From: a virus
Length of the DNA: 64,000 bases
Reading direction: 5' to 3' (one strand)
Virus record (IMG/VR): IMGVR_UViG_3300032249_001164
Location: 15,540-79,539 of that record
Of the stretch, positions 8,633-18,086 are shown piece after piece (position 1 is the first letter of the stretch; the number at the start of each line of letters is the position of its first letter). The position numbers and the translations under genes are program-made. The notes under the pieces were generated by a model, which was not told where the DNA came from, ran no database searches, and was given only the letters and a program-made list of their open reading frames with translations.

Positions 8633-11600
8633 CAGCTAAGGCCTACCGCACGCCTAGCGCTTGGGCTGTTGCGATAACGCTTATGAGCAAGCTCGGCGCC
8701 GCGTTGCGCAGACTCCCTGCCGATTTGCTCAGCTTCTTCGCGAGTGACATAATCGACACTCCTAATTCTTACTGTCTCAAACTTCACGTCGATGGTTGCA
8801 TTCATGCTGTCGCCTACTGTATCACCTGCAGACTTTAGATACGGCACGGCCAGGGCTGGCCCGCTGCGCCGATAGGGCACTTCCATTTCCGGGGTTGTAG
8901 CGGCTGCAGCTGAGCGCTGGTAGGGCACTTCCATTTCCGGGGTTGTAGCGGCTGCAGCTGAGCGCTGGTAGGGCACTTCCATGCCGCTGGCATCGACCCC
9001 CAGCCGGCCGTCAGGACCGCGCTTGAGGGGCATGATCGCTTCGGGGCCAGCCTCGCCCATCTCACCCATCTTCGTAACGCCGCCATCAGCGAATTGGAAC
9101 AGGGTGGGAGAGCTGACGATCGAGTTGGTGAAGGTGCCGCCCTTGGCGAAGGCGGCGGTGCCATTAGCAAAGTAGGCGCCGTTTGCCGCAAAATTAGCAC
9201 TAAGTGGCGTGACCGAGAAATCCCCCCAGTTAGATGGTGTCGCTTGAGCAGAGCCCGCCGAACCGCCACTACTCCCCGCAACCGCCCCAAGCGCCTTGAG
9301 GATTGTCTGTAAAACAATCATTGCCATCTGTTTTGCTATAATTTCAGCCGCCATACTGAGAAATGCCTCGCCAGTGCTTTTGAAGAAAGAGGCGAGAGCC
9401 TCTTGGGCTGACATCGATCCGCTAATCAGGCCCTGGAAGGCTTGGGTAAATGCATTGCCGATGCCGTCAGCAACTGTTATCGCTATATTACCTACATTAG
9501 TGAGTTCGGTAAGCTCTTCCTTTAGCTTGCCAATTTTTTCATCAATTTTTTCGCTGGGGGGCATGACAGACTTTTTGGCCACGCCCCTAGCTTCCTCTAC
9601 GACCGTCGCCGCCCGCCCTTCCACCTTGTCGGCCAACTGATTCCTGAGATCGAGAATTGCCTGAAGTTTAGCTCTTAACTCTTCTTGTTTTTTGGTATCC
9701 TCAGTTGTTGCAACAAGGCTTGCCAATGTGGCTTCGGTCAAAGCAAAAGTAGAGTCAACAAGGCTTGGGTTCAGCTTGAGTCTTTCCAGCTCGCTCCTAA
9801 CAGCTTGATTGGTACTGATCGTAAGGCCTGTTAAAACGCTGTTCAGGTCTCTTCTGATCTCAAGGATGCGCAACTCGCCTTCAATTATTTCCGGGGCAAC
9901 CCCTTCAAGCGCTAGTCGATTGCGCTCTTTACGTTTTTGAATTTCAAGCTCAAGTTCTCGATTTTGCTCTGTGTATTGCAGTATCGGAGCTAGGGTTTGC
10001 TGTTCAAGTGCAAAGCTGGCAGCCTCAGACTGAACAGCAAGCCTTTGCCTATCGGCAGCGGTGGCGCCTACGGTAGCTGCTTTAGTTTTTTCCACCAACT
10101 GAAGGTATTGCTGTAGTAGGTCATTGATACCAACAAGCCGTGGTGCGCCTGGAAGCTCAGGCATAGTCATGGTGCCCTTGAACACTGGAGCAGCGCCAAC
10201 AGAAGTGGCCTGGCCGGCCCCAGCAGTGAGCCCCCTAACCATCCTTCCGTTCTTCCTGCTGAAATAGCCAACACCTGGCTGAAGGTAGGTGTCTATGTCT
10301 GGCTTGATGCCAGATACCACGCCTTGCACCTGCCCCCGTACCAGCATGTCGGCGCTTCGTCGTGCTGCTGCGGTTTCCCGGTTGCGTTGCAGCGCTCCGT
10401 TTGTTCCAGGTGAGTTAATATCAATACTGTTATGCGCCCCAAACGTGCGCCCAGAGGCATCGAACCTCCCTATCGTTTGTCCGCCAACAACTGACTGCCC
10501 CATTTTCACTGCGGCGGCAACATGGCTATAGGTGGCTTCCAGCTTGTTACCCAGATCGTCTAAGAACTGAACTACAACGTAATTGCCATTGTTTCCGGCT
10601 TTATTTATTTCGGTTACAACGCCGTTGTGATAACTACGCATTATATTATTCAGTGCAACTGGCATGTCAGCTCCATTTTGCCCTGATGCGTCAAGCCTGC
10701 CACTAATAGAACCGGGTAGCCTTGATGCACCAGTGCCATTAGTTGCCTGAACTGCTTGCCTGATGGCCGAAGCCTGGATAGCAGCATCATCTAGTCCGTT
10801 TTGCACTACAATTTGCTTCTTCTTTTCCAGGTCGATTTCCACTTCGTAGCGATACTTGGCCATCGCTAAGCGATGATCCTCGGCTTGCACGGCATAATCG
10901 ACAATCTGCCTCTCGATTTGAAGGCGAGCGCGAGAAACATCACGCGAAAATTCATCGCGCTGAATCGCCATCTGGGAAACTCGGTTTTCAACTTGGAGTT
11001 TGTAACGGCTAGCCTCTTGGTCTATTTTCTGTAGTTCTAGCTTGAGTTGTTTTTCGGCTTGCTGGAGATCGGCTTCGCCTTCGGCTCTGATACGCAGATA
11101 GTCTCTGGCGGCGTCAACCACTCCTTGGGCGATTGGATCCAGACCTGTGGATGCTTTCTGAAGCTGAAGGTCAAAAGCGTCGATTGCATTTTGCTGACGC
11201 TTCCTTTCATTTTCAATAAGCTTTTGCTCAAGCTCCTGTCGCTTGCCAAATACCTGATCTTCAACAGAGCGGCGAAATTCGGTCGCCTCGCGCTCCATAT
11301 CAATTACACGCTTGCGAAGACCGTAAACAGTTTCTTCAGTGCTTAGGCGAAGATCGATTCCGCTGCGCTCAAATGCTATGCCTTGTTGGATGATAGAGCG
11401 AGCTTTTTCGGTTTTTTCAATTGTTTTATCAAGTGCCTGCAGCTCTTGTTCTGGAGTAGGTTTTCCGCCTTTGACTGTGGTTGGCTTGGCAAGAGGTCTG
11501 TAAAACTCAGCTAAGGCGGTTCGCTGCTTAGCGGCCTCTTCTTTGCTTATCCCGCCAAGCAAAGGTCCGAACGTAGTTCCAATCTGCTCCCTGGAATCTA

Positions 11601-14600
11601 TTCCAATCAATCCGATCTCAAATCGATCCTTAGCTTTACCGCTGAGCCCCCCCAGCACATCTTTTGCAAGCTGTCTCGAACTAGATGATTGGTTGCTAAC
11701 CGAAACAATACTGGTTACCCACTGCAGCAGTCCAGCCATTGGCCCAGCAAGCGCTGCCTGAAGCTGCAGGTTAAACTCAGCCCATGATTTACTCAATTTA
11801 TAGGAAGCGTCGCCAAGATTCGTCAAATCATTGACGCCAGAGACGCCAATCTTCTTAATCATCTCAGCTTGTATTTCAGCTGTGGCCTTGGCGGTTTCAC
11901 CTGTTTCAATCAGCTTAGATATATAGTATTCTTGTTGACGGCTTGCAAACAGCCCGGCTGTTTTTAAACTCTCAAATCCTTCAATTGGATAGCCGAGCGC
12001 CTTACCCGTATCCTGTGCGGCCTGCGCCAAGGTGTCAAACACTGTGCCAAGGGCTGTGCCGGCCAGCGACAAGCCAAAGCCAAGGCCACCGCCAAGGAAG
12101 CCGCCACCGGCGCCACCAGCAAGGCCGCCAAGGGAAGCCCCAAGGCCCTGGCCAAACAGCAGTGGGAATGCACCACCGATCAGGCCCTCGCTGATCGCTC
12201 TGCCACCCCTAGGGCCAAACCGGCGAGTCAGGAAATCCGCATCAGGTGCGCGGCGCTCGATCTGGCGATCAAGGTTGGCCGCCGTTTCACGTAATTGATT
12301 GTCAAGCCGATCGAATCCTTGGATAGTTGGATCAAGGACGGAACGGAATTCTTTTAAGACAGCGCTTAGTGCTTCCAGTTCAGCGGTTGAGGCCTTCGCG
12401 GGCTTGGCCAGTTCCGCGAGGCCCAGTAGCGCCTCAGGCCCCTGCTGGGCTGCTGCAGCTGCTCGGGAAGCCAGGTCGCTTCGCCCACCTGCCATTGACT
12501 TGCCTGTATTAAACTCGCGAGCAATCTTGTCGATCGCTTCGGCGGGAGATGCGCCGCCAAAAAAGTCTTGACGTGCGCGGCGAGCTTCTTGAAGTTTTTG
12601 CAGTGCCGCCTGAAGGCCAACACCAGGAAGCGCACCAGCTTTTAAGTCAATTGCCATTGCACTGGCAAAATTCCTGGCAGCAACAACTTTGGACGCTAAG
12701 GTGGCAAGTTCTTGCTGACTAGCTTTATTGCGAAGTGACTGAATATCGCTAATAGCCTGCTCGATTTCCAGTTTTTGACTAGAAACAGTTACACCCTTGC
12801 CTTCAAGGGTAATAAGCTGACTTAGGCCGCCTCTCGCCAAATTGAGCAGCCTCTCTCTCCTGGCTTCCAACTGCTGCGCAGTCGTTTCGGTTGCTTTATT
12901 GCCACTGCTATTACCGCCGTAGCTATCATTCAGTATTGCTTCATTTTTGCGATAGCGACCAGAAGCGTTGAAAACACGTATACCTTCTCCTATTGCTTTT
13001 GTATTGGCTATGGTCAGACTAAGTTCATTATTTTTTATCTGGTTAATAAGATTGCTCAGGTTTACTTTTTCACCAAGAAACTGAACGCCCTTCTTTTCTT
13101 CGATTGCGTACCGATTTTGTATGTCTCGAAGAGCTGAAAGCTGATTCATCATTATCCCTTGCGCTTTATTCCTTTCTTGCAAGCTTTCCGCGCCCATGTC
13201 CTGCCGCATGTCTTTGGCCTTCTCAAAAGCAAGGCCCCACGACGATTCTGTAAGCTTCTTCTTGGTGGTGCCTGCTTGCATGGCAGTTTCAAGCCCTAGC
13301 TGCTTGCTTATCTCCTTGGTAATCATCTGAGCGCTTTCGAGTCTATTTTCGTAAAGCTCGTTTCTTGCCTGGTCAATACCAAAGGAGAGAGCAAGTTTTT
13401 GAGCTTCTGGGATGGAAGCCTTGCCGATGCTCGTCAGAATTTCTTCAGTTTTTTGATAAGTGTCGTTAATTTCAATTGCGTACTTTTGCTGAGCAGCCAA
13501 GTCGTTAATCTTTTTACTTGGGCCGCCAACAGCTCCACGTAGAACATCGGCTATTTTGCCGTCAATCTTGGCTTGGCTTTGAGATATGCCGAGACGAGCG
13601 CGGGCATCCTTCAACTCCTTGGCAACCAAGTCAACGGATTGTTTGCTCGTTGGTATTTGGCCGGATTTAATATCAGCTATTAGCTTCTCAACCCTAGCCT
13701 TGTTTTGTGAAACGTCAACACCATCAATTTCAACCTCTACAAGTCTTTTTTGAAGTTTTTCAAGTTGTAGGGTCTGAGAGGAGAGTTGTTTGCTGGCACC
13801 ATTGCCTTCTACCGCAGCTTTCAGCCTGTCGTCGAAGTCTTTCAGGCTACTCTGCTCTGTTCCAGGAACAGTAGATAGTTTTTTTAGGAGTTCGTCGGTA
13901 CCCCGCTCGATGTTTGATAGATCCGCCAGGTATTCGTCCAAGGCCCCTGTTAACTTACCTCTATCGTAGCTGGCCTGCAGTTTCTGAGCATTTCGCTCTG
14001 CCTTTTCTGTGTACTTTTTTAAATCGTTAAAAGCTTTTGAGCCTCTCTCAAACTCCCGGTCAGCAGCCTTTCTTTCTTCTTCGGCGATTCGATTCTTTGC
14101 TGCCGGAGAGCCCGGAACCAAGTCCCCTCCCGTTAGCTTGCCGGTGATAGGCAGGAAGTCCTTACCAGGAACGCCGAAGAACTGGGGTGGCTTGGGTTTT
14201 GCAAGATCTACCGCAGCTTTGAGCTGCCGTTCAATCAAGCGTGTCATCTCCCTCGAATCTTCCAGCCTATTTTCGATTAGTGCATTTACCGCTCTTTCTG
14301 CACGCTCTCTCAGGTCTACCTTCTGATCGCCAGAAAGCCTGGAAGAGTTAATTTTATCAATTAAATCGTTTTGCTTTCCAAAAACATCGTTAATATCTTT
14401 TTGTCTTTTTTCCTGAACTTTTTGCTCTCTATCCTCAAACCTTTGCCGCTGAGTAACAGCCTGCAAGCTACCAAGGCGGCTGGAAGGGGCATCAACAATG
14501 CCAAGCTGAGCGCTTCGCATTTCTTCGTTTGCCCTGGCGATCCCTTCCTCAAGAGCCCGGTACTCAATGCTAAGCGCTGGAACCAATGTTTTCAGGTTTT

Positions 14601-15966
14601 GCAGCATGTTGATGTAGCTGCCGAGGGCTGCTTCACTTGCGCCAGTGGCGATGGTTGGCATCTCCGTGAGCACTTGGCCAACCATGCTTCTGGCGCCGGC
14701 TACATCGGATGCTCGCCTCAATCCTTCCGGTATACTCGAACCACCGCCGCCGGAAAAACCAGCAGCAAGGGCTGTGAACGTATTCTGCTGCGCTCTTGCA
14801 AGCTTGATCGACGCCATCTCAGCCGCAACCGTAAATCGATTGTAAGCTGTGCTAGCAATTGCAGAATTGTTTGCAATTAGTGCGAGCGACTCGGCCTGTG
14901 CTTGAATCTGATTGAGAGAAGCCGAAAGCCCAGTTTGGTTAGCTGGGTTGCGGTTCGCCATCATTCGGCTTACGGATTCCTGGTTTCTGGCAATAACCCT
15001 GCCCAGTCCCCCGGCTCTCGTCTCAAGACTGGCAAGATTTGCTTCCTGAGCCGCAATCTCACTGGCAACTTCCCCTCTTCTTGCGTTCCTCTGTTGCCTT
15101 AGTATGTTCTCCTGTTGAATTCGCTGAGATTCAGCCGCTTGTTGAGCCACCTGGGCCATACCAGCCGGCGACGTAAGCTCTCTTTGGCTAACAGGGCGAA
15201 CAGGTATGTCAATGGCCACCTCGGTGCTACCAAGTTGACGCAATTGCGCCCTAAGGCTGTTTAATGAAGTTTCTGCTTGTTCAATCTGGTTTCTTAGATC
15301 ACCAAAGGCAGCAACCTGGCGTGGCAGTGTTCTGTCTGTCAGTCCAGACTCTCTCGTAGATCTCCTGAGAGAGTCCCCATATCTGTTGTACTCTCTTGCT
15401 AAAGCATTAACAGCGTTTGCAGCGGACAGGGTTTGGTTTACATCTATCAAGCCACTAGCAGCTGAAATTGCGTTTCTAGTCGCCTGTCTGATCTGATTAA
15501 GCCTTGACTGTAGTGTCGTCGCTGACGCCGAAGCCTCCGCCATTCGGTCGCCAAATTGTTCCGCTTGGCCGGCGCTTTCACGTAAAGCATCTCTCAGTTC
15601 ACTTACTCGCCTACTTGCCAGCTCGTCTCGCCTACCAAGCCTCACAAGCTCTTTCTCCGTTGACGCTGCTTTTTCAATTGCCCGCTGTTGAGACAACTGC
15701 GCCTGCGTCAACCTTTCAATCGCTTGCCTTTGTTGCAATAGTATTTGATTCCTGTCCCTGCCAAGATCATTCGCTCTTGCGGCGGAACCTTCCATTACAG
15801 CCGCAAGACTATTTGCGCGTCTCTGTAAATTTGCAGGCCCAACATCAAGTGTTCTGCTGTTAATTCTGTCAACTGCGCTTTGCAGTTGATTTACGTCTTG
15901 AACTAATTTGTTTACAGCGTTCGACCCCCTTACAACAAGATCGATAGTTGCTTGGGTGCTGGCCAC
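8632..15966 (-). CDS. Tape measure protein with internal M23-like domain
   Basis: 2444 aa, Ala/Gln/Leu-rich helical; Gly-rich hydrophobic segment; C-terminal 'FAKGG...SSPTLF...GEMGEAGPEAIMPLKRGPDGRLGV'; follows the tail chaperone genes. Confidence 0.93.
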   Translation of the reverse strand: MASTQATIDLVVRGSNAVNKLVQDVNQLQSAVDRINSRTLDVGPANLQRRANSLAAVMEGSAARANDLGRDRNQILLQQRQAIERLTQAQLSQQRAIEKAASTEKELVRLGRRDELASRRVSELRDALRESAGQAEQFGDRMAEASASATTLQSRLNQIRQATRNAISAASGLIDVNQTLSAANAVNALAREYNRYGDSLRRSTRESGLTDRTLPRQVAAFGDLRNQIEQAETSLNSLRAQLRQLGSTEVAIDIPVRPVSQRELTSPAGMAQVAQQAAESQRIQQENILRQQRNARRGEVASEIAAQEANLASLETRAGGLGRVIARNQESVSRMMANRNPANQTGLSASLNQIQAQAESLALIANNSAIASTAYNRFTVAAEMASIKLARAQQNTFTALAAGFSGGGGSSIPEGLRRASDVAGARSMVGQVLTEMPTIATGASEAALGSYINMLQNLKTLVPALSIEYRALEEGIARANEEMRSAQLGIVDAPSSRLGSLQAVTQRQRFEDREQKVQEKRQKDINDVFGKQNDLIDKINSSRLSGDQKVDLRERAERAVNALIENRLEDSREMTRLIERQLKAAVDLAKPKPPQFFGVPGKDFLPITGKLTGGDLVPGSPAAKNRIAEEERKAADREFERGSKAFNDLKKYTEKAERNAQKLQASYDRGKLTGALDEYLADLSNIERGTDELLKKLSTVPGTEQSSLKDFDDRLKAAVEGNGASKQLSSQTLQLEKLQKRLVEVEIDGVDVSQNKARVEKLIADIKSGQIPTSKQSVDLVAKELKDARARLGISQSQAKIDGKIADVLRGAVGGPSKKINDLAAQQKYAIEINDTYQKTEEILTSIGKASIPEAQKLALSFGIDQARNELYENRLESAQMITKEISKQLGLETAMQAGTTKKKLTESSWGLAFEKAKDMRQDMGAESLQERNKAQGIMMNQLSALRDIQNRYAIEEKKGVQFLGEKVNLSNLINQIKNNELSLTIANTKAIGEGIRVFNASGRYRKNEAILNDSYGGNSSGNKATETTAQQLEARRERLLNLARGGLSQLITLEGKGVTVSSQKLEIEQAISDIQSLRNKASQQELATLASKVVAARNFASAMAIDLKAGALPGVGLQAALQKLQEARRARQDFFGGASPAEAIDKIAREFNTGKSMAGGRSDLASRAAAAAQQGPEALLGLAELAKPAKASTAELEALSAVLKEFRSVLDPTIQGFDRLDNQLRETAANLDRQIERRAPDADFLTRRFGPRGGRAISEGLIGGAFPLLFGQGLGASLGGLAGGAGGGFLGGGLGFGLSLAGTALGTVFDTLAQAAQDTGKALGYPIEGFESLKTAGLFASRQQEYYISKLIETGETAKATAEIQAEMIKKIGVSGVNDLTNLGDASYKLSKSWAEFNLQLQAALAGPMAGLLQWVTSIVSVSNQSSSSRQLAKDVLGGLSGKAKDRFEIGLIGIDSREQIGTTFGPLLGGISKEEAAKQRTALAEFYRPLAKPTTVKGGKPTPEQELQALDKTIEKTEKARSIIQQGIAFERSGIDLRLSTEETVYGLRKRVIDMEREATEFRRSVEDQVFGKRQELEQKLIENERKRQQNAIDAFDLQLQKASTGLDPIAQGVVDAARDYLRIRAEGEADLQQAEKQLKLELQKIDQEASRYKLQVENRVSQMAIQRDEFSRDVSRARLQIERQIVDYAVQAEDHRLAMAKYRYEVEIDLEKKKQIVVQNGLDDAAIQASAIRQAVQATNGTGASRLPGSISGRLDASGQNGADMPVALNNIMRSYHNGVVTEINKAGNNGNYVVVQFLDDLGNKLEATYSHVAAAVKMGQSVVGGQTIGRFDASGRTFGAHNSIDINSPGTNGALQRNRETAAARRSADMLVRGQVQGVVSGIKPDIDTYLQPGVGYFSRKNGRMVRGLTAGAGQATSVGAAPVFKGTMTMPELPGAPRLVGINDLLQQYLQLVEKTKAATVGATAADRQRLAVQSEAASFALEQQTLAPILQYTEQNRELELEIQKRKERNRLALEGVAPEIIEGELRILEIRRDLNSVLTGLTISTNQAVRSELERLKLNPSLVDSTFALTEATLASLVATTEDTKKQEELRAKLQAILDLRNQLADKVEGRAATVVEEARGVAKKSVMPPSEKIDEKIGKLKEELTELTNVGNIAITVADGIGNAFTQAFQGLISGSMSAQEALASFFKSTGEAFLSMAAEIIAKQMAMIVLQTILKALGAVAGSSGGSAGSAQATPSNWGDFSVTPLSANFAANGAYFANGTAAFAKGGTFTNSIVSSPTLFQFADGGVTKMGEMGEAGPEAIMPLKRGPDGRLGVDASGMEVPYQRSAAAATTPEMEVPYQRSAAAATTPEMEVPYRRSGPALAVPYLKSAGDTVGDSMNATIDVKFETVRIRSVDYVTREEAEQIGRESAQRGAELAHKRYRNSPSARRAVGLS
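8873..8982. repeat. 48-bp perfect tandem repeat (about 2.3 copies) within the tape measure gene
   Basis: tagggcacttccatttccggggttgtagcggctgcagctgagcgctgg at 8873 and 8921, partial copy at 8969; encodes MEVPYQRSAAAATTPE twice. Confidence 0.95.
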
Positions 15967-15987
15967 GTCTCAAGGCTTCTTCGTGAA

Positions 15988-15999
15988 CCAAGTCTAGCC
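15988..15999 (-). promoter_or_regulatory. Putative late promoter motif GGCTAGACTTGG
   Basis: Identical 12-mer at 21625-21636 and a near copy at 22374-22385, each about 15-25 nt upstream of a gene start in the morphogenesis region. Confidence 0.55.
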
Positions 16000-16007
16000 A
16001 TAGCCAG

Positions 16008-16032
16008 AAAAAAGCCGCCCATGCGGACGGCT
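16008..16032 (-). terminator. Intrinsic terminator after the tail chaperone genes
   Basis: AGCCGTCC-GCAT-GGGCGGCT stem-loop followed by a T run. Confidence 0.75.
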
Positions 16033-16045
16033 AGCAAGCACGAAC

Positions 16046-16249
16046 TCAGCGCCTCCCTTTGGTCTTCTTGATCTTCTCCATCTCCTCCCTTTGGAGTTTT
16101 GCCTTTCGTTCAAAGTGAAGACTCCAGAGGATCATCTCTTCTTCAGTCATACGAGACTTTAGATCAAACAAAGTGAGGTGAAGGCTCTCCGCCAAGCTCA
16201 TCTGGAACTGAAGCCTACTGTCCGCTTCAAATTCAATCCTTAGCGCTTT
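16046..16249 (-). CDS. Tail assembly chaperone extension (gpT-like), probably frameshift-fused
   Basis: Open frame KALRIEFEADSRLQFQMSLAESLHLTLFDLKSRMTEEEMILWSLHF... overlaps the end of the chaperone gene; LAxxLxxTLxEL..MTxEE..W is the usual gpGT-type pattern. Confidence 0.7.
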   Translation of the reverse strand, partial: KALRIEFEADSRLQFQMSLAESLHLTLFDLKSRMTEEEMILWSLHFERKAKLQREEMEKIKKTKGRR

Positions 16250-16622
16250 TCATATCTGGTTGTTTATCACCGGACTCGCCGCGAGGCTTAAGAACGCAAA
16301 GAATTAGTTTCTGAAGGTCTTCGTCTTCAACTTCGCATTTCAGGACGGGAATGTCCCCAGCCTTAAAAATTCGTTCGCCATTTTCATTCAGGGCTTTGTT
16401 GATCAGCAACTGCATTGCAAAATCATTGGCGCCGTCAGTCTTAGCGTCTTTTTGCGCTTGTTCTCGCTCAATCGCTTTCAAGGGGGCAGCGTAGAAACTG
16501 AACTCACTGCCATCAGCGAGAGTGACTTCCTGCTTGATTGGCGTGAAATTGGCAGCCTTGATCAGAGTGTCAATTGCCCGACCGAAACCAGGGGTTGCAG
16601 CGGGGGTCGAAGTGGTGGCCAT
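16233..16622 (-). CDS. Tail assembly chaperone (gpG-like)
   Basis: 129 aa between tail tube and tape measure; 'LLINKALNENGERIFKAGD'. Confidence 0.8.
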   Translation of the reverse strand: MATTSTPAATPGFGRAIDTLIKAANFTPIKQEVTLADGSEFSFYAAPLKAIEREQAQKDAKTDGANDFAMQLLINKALNENGERIFKAGDIPVLKCEVEDEDLQKLILCVLKPRGESGDKQPDMKSAKD

Positions 16623-16786
16623 AGGAAACTCGTAACGTGCGGACTCTACCGCTTAGGTGAGCTGAAGTCAATTCGAGGTGGATTAGAGAATTCCACCCCA
16701 AGCAAGCGTAGCTCAGTTAGCGCTGCCGTGTTTAGCCGTAAATACAAGCTTTTGCTACCACAGGTCAACAAAGTTATTTGGCCAAT

Positions 16787-16808
16787 AAAAAACCCTGCCG
16801 AAGCAGGG
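16787..16808 (-). terminator. Intrinsic terminator after the tail tube gene
   Basis: CCCTGC-TTCG-GCAGGG followed by T6. Confidence 0.85.
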
Positions 16809-16828
16809 CATCGCAGTTGCTGATTGAA

Positions 16829-17599
16829 TCAGGTGGTGGCAAAGTCAAAGTTTACATTGTCGAATGGTCGGAAGTTGATGGCCACCGACTGAGCATCATC
16901 TGGATTCACGTTCAGTGAAGCCGAGGTAAGTACAATGTCCATCTCAATAGAGCGTGACTTGGCATCATCGACAACGCCAGCGGATTCAATCCGTTCAACA
17001 TATAGTTTTACCTGAGCACCAATTTGCTTGCGCAGTAACACGTCCTGAACCATGCGATTAGCCATGGCCAAGTCTTCATCCGTCATATAGATATTGGCAC
17101 TGCCATTTGCGTCACCAAAACCAGAAATATAGTTTCGGAAAGGCGCAAACTGTCCAAGAGTTTTACCAATAGTTGTAACATCGATTTCCGCCCGGCTGAA
17201 CTCAATGGTCCAGTCCCGGCACTCCGCAACAACAGCGAGGCTACCATAAAATATCTCGAACCTGTTGGGAGCTGCAAGAGTTCCGGCGCTTGTCAGCGTT
17301 ACGATAGGAGACAGTGTTGCGCTACTGGAAACCGTCAGCACGCCGGTTGAACTGTTGTAGCCAATGACGTAGTAGGTGGTGCCAGCGGTGATACCAGCAG
17401 GAAGAGTGCCAGTGCCAATGGCGCCTGTCAGTGCATTGCGAATCCTGAACTGAACAGGATCGCCGGGCTTGAAGTTAAAGTTGACGCCAACGTTGAATAA
17501 AGCAGTAGCAAAAGTAACGTCAGACGTGCCAAACGTAGCAAGCGTACCGGCGGGCTTGTAGTAAAAGGCGCCGGAAACGCCAGACAAAACGGTAGACAT
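16829..17599 (-). CDS. Major tail (tube) protein
   Basis: 'VAECRDWTIEFSRAEIDVTT...ISGFGDANGSA...VAINFRP'; follows the tail terminator gene and is followed by a terminator and the chaperones. Confidence 0.85.
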   Translation of the reverse strand: MSTVLSGVSGAFYYKPAGTLATFGTSDVTFATALFNVGVNFNFKPGDPVQFRIRNALTGAIGTGTLPAGITAGTTYYVIGYNSSTGVLTVSSSATLSPIVTLTSAGTLAAPNRFEIFYGSLAVVAECRDWTIEFSRAEIDVTTIGKTLGQFAPFRNYISGFGDANGSANIYMTDEDLAMANRMVQDVLLRKQIGAQVKLYVERIESAGVVDDAKSRSIEMDIVLTSASLNVNPDDAQSVAINFRPFDNVNFDFATT

Positions 17600-17657
17600 C
17601 GTGGGTCGGGGGGTAGTGGCTTGGCGGGCACTGCCCAGCTAGACACAGGTTAGCGAC

Positions 17658-18086
17658 TTACTTTGCGCTTGCCTGCCAACTCGCATCAACCCTACCAACG
17701 AAATGAGGAAAATTTTCTGGAGCCTGAAACGATGGTCCTGTTATTTGACCTACGCGAACATAGGTAGAGCTGGAGGTTTTTCTTGTTGAGTTGAGGGTAT
17801 CAATAACCTGCTTAGCAAGGGCGATCATCTGCTGGCATCTTGCTGGCCCACTGCCTTTCGGAGCAAAGCACCTAACAATAAGAGCGCCCCTTGCGTAATC
17901 AAGCGATCCATCAAGGGTGGGCTCCGTTGTCAGGCCAAAGGTAATGTTGATCCTGACATATTCTTTTGGCGGATCTGGCGGAACCGCCGTTACGTTGTCA
18001 AAGTAAACAGGAATTTGAGGTGATTGAGAATTGTAAGCTGTCAGCAATGGTGCTTCAAGCTTTGCTCGAATGGATTGGTAATTCAT
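17658..18086 (-). CDS. Tail terminator / tail completion protein
   Basis: 'IPVYFDNV...YVRINI...GALIVRCFAPKGSG' pattern; position. Confidence 0.7.
   Translation of the reverse strand: MNYQSIRAKLEAPLLTAYNSQSPQIPVYFDNVTAVPPDPPKEYVRINITFGLTTEPTLDGSLDYARGALIVRCFAPKGSGPARCQQMIALAKQVIDTLNSTRKTSSSTYVRVGQITGPSFQAPENFPHFVGRVDASWQASAK

Noticed and set aside
16702-16760. tRNA-like sequence (GCGTAGCTCAGTT...CCA)
   Set aside because: Only about 59 nt, with no T-arm (GTTC) and no proper anticodon stem
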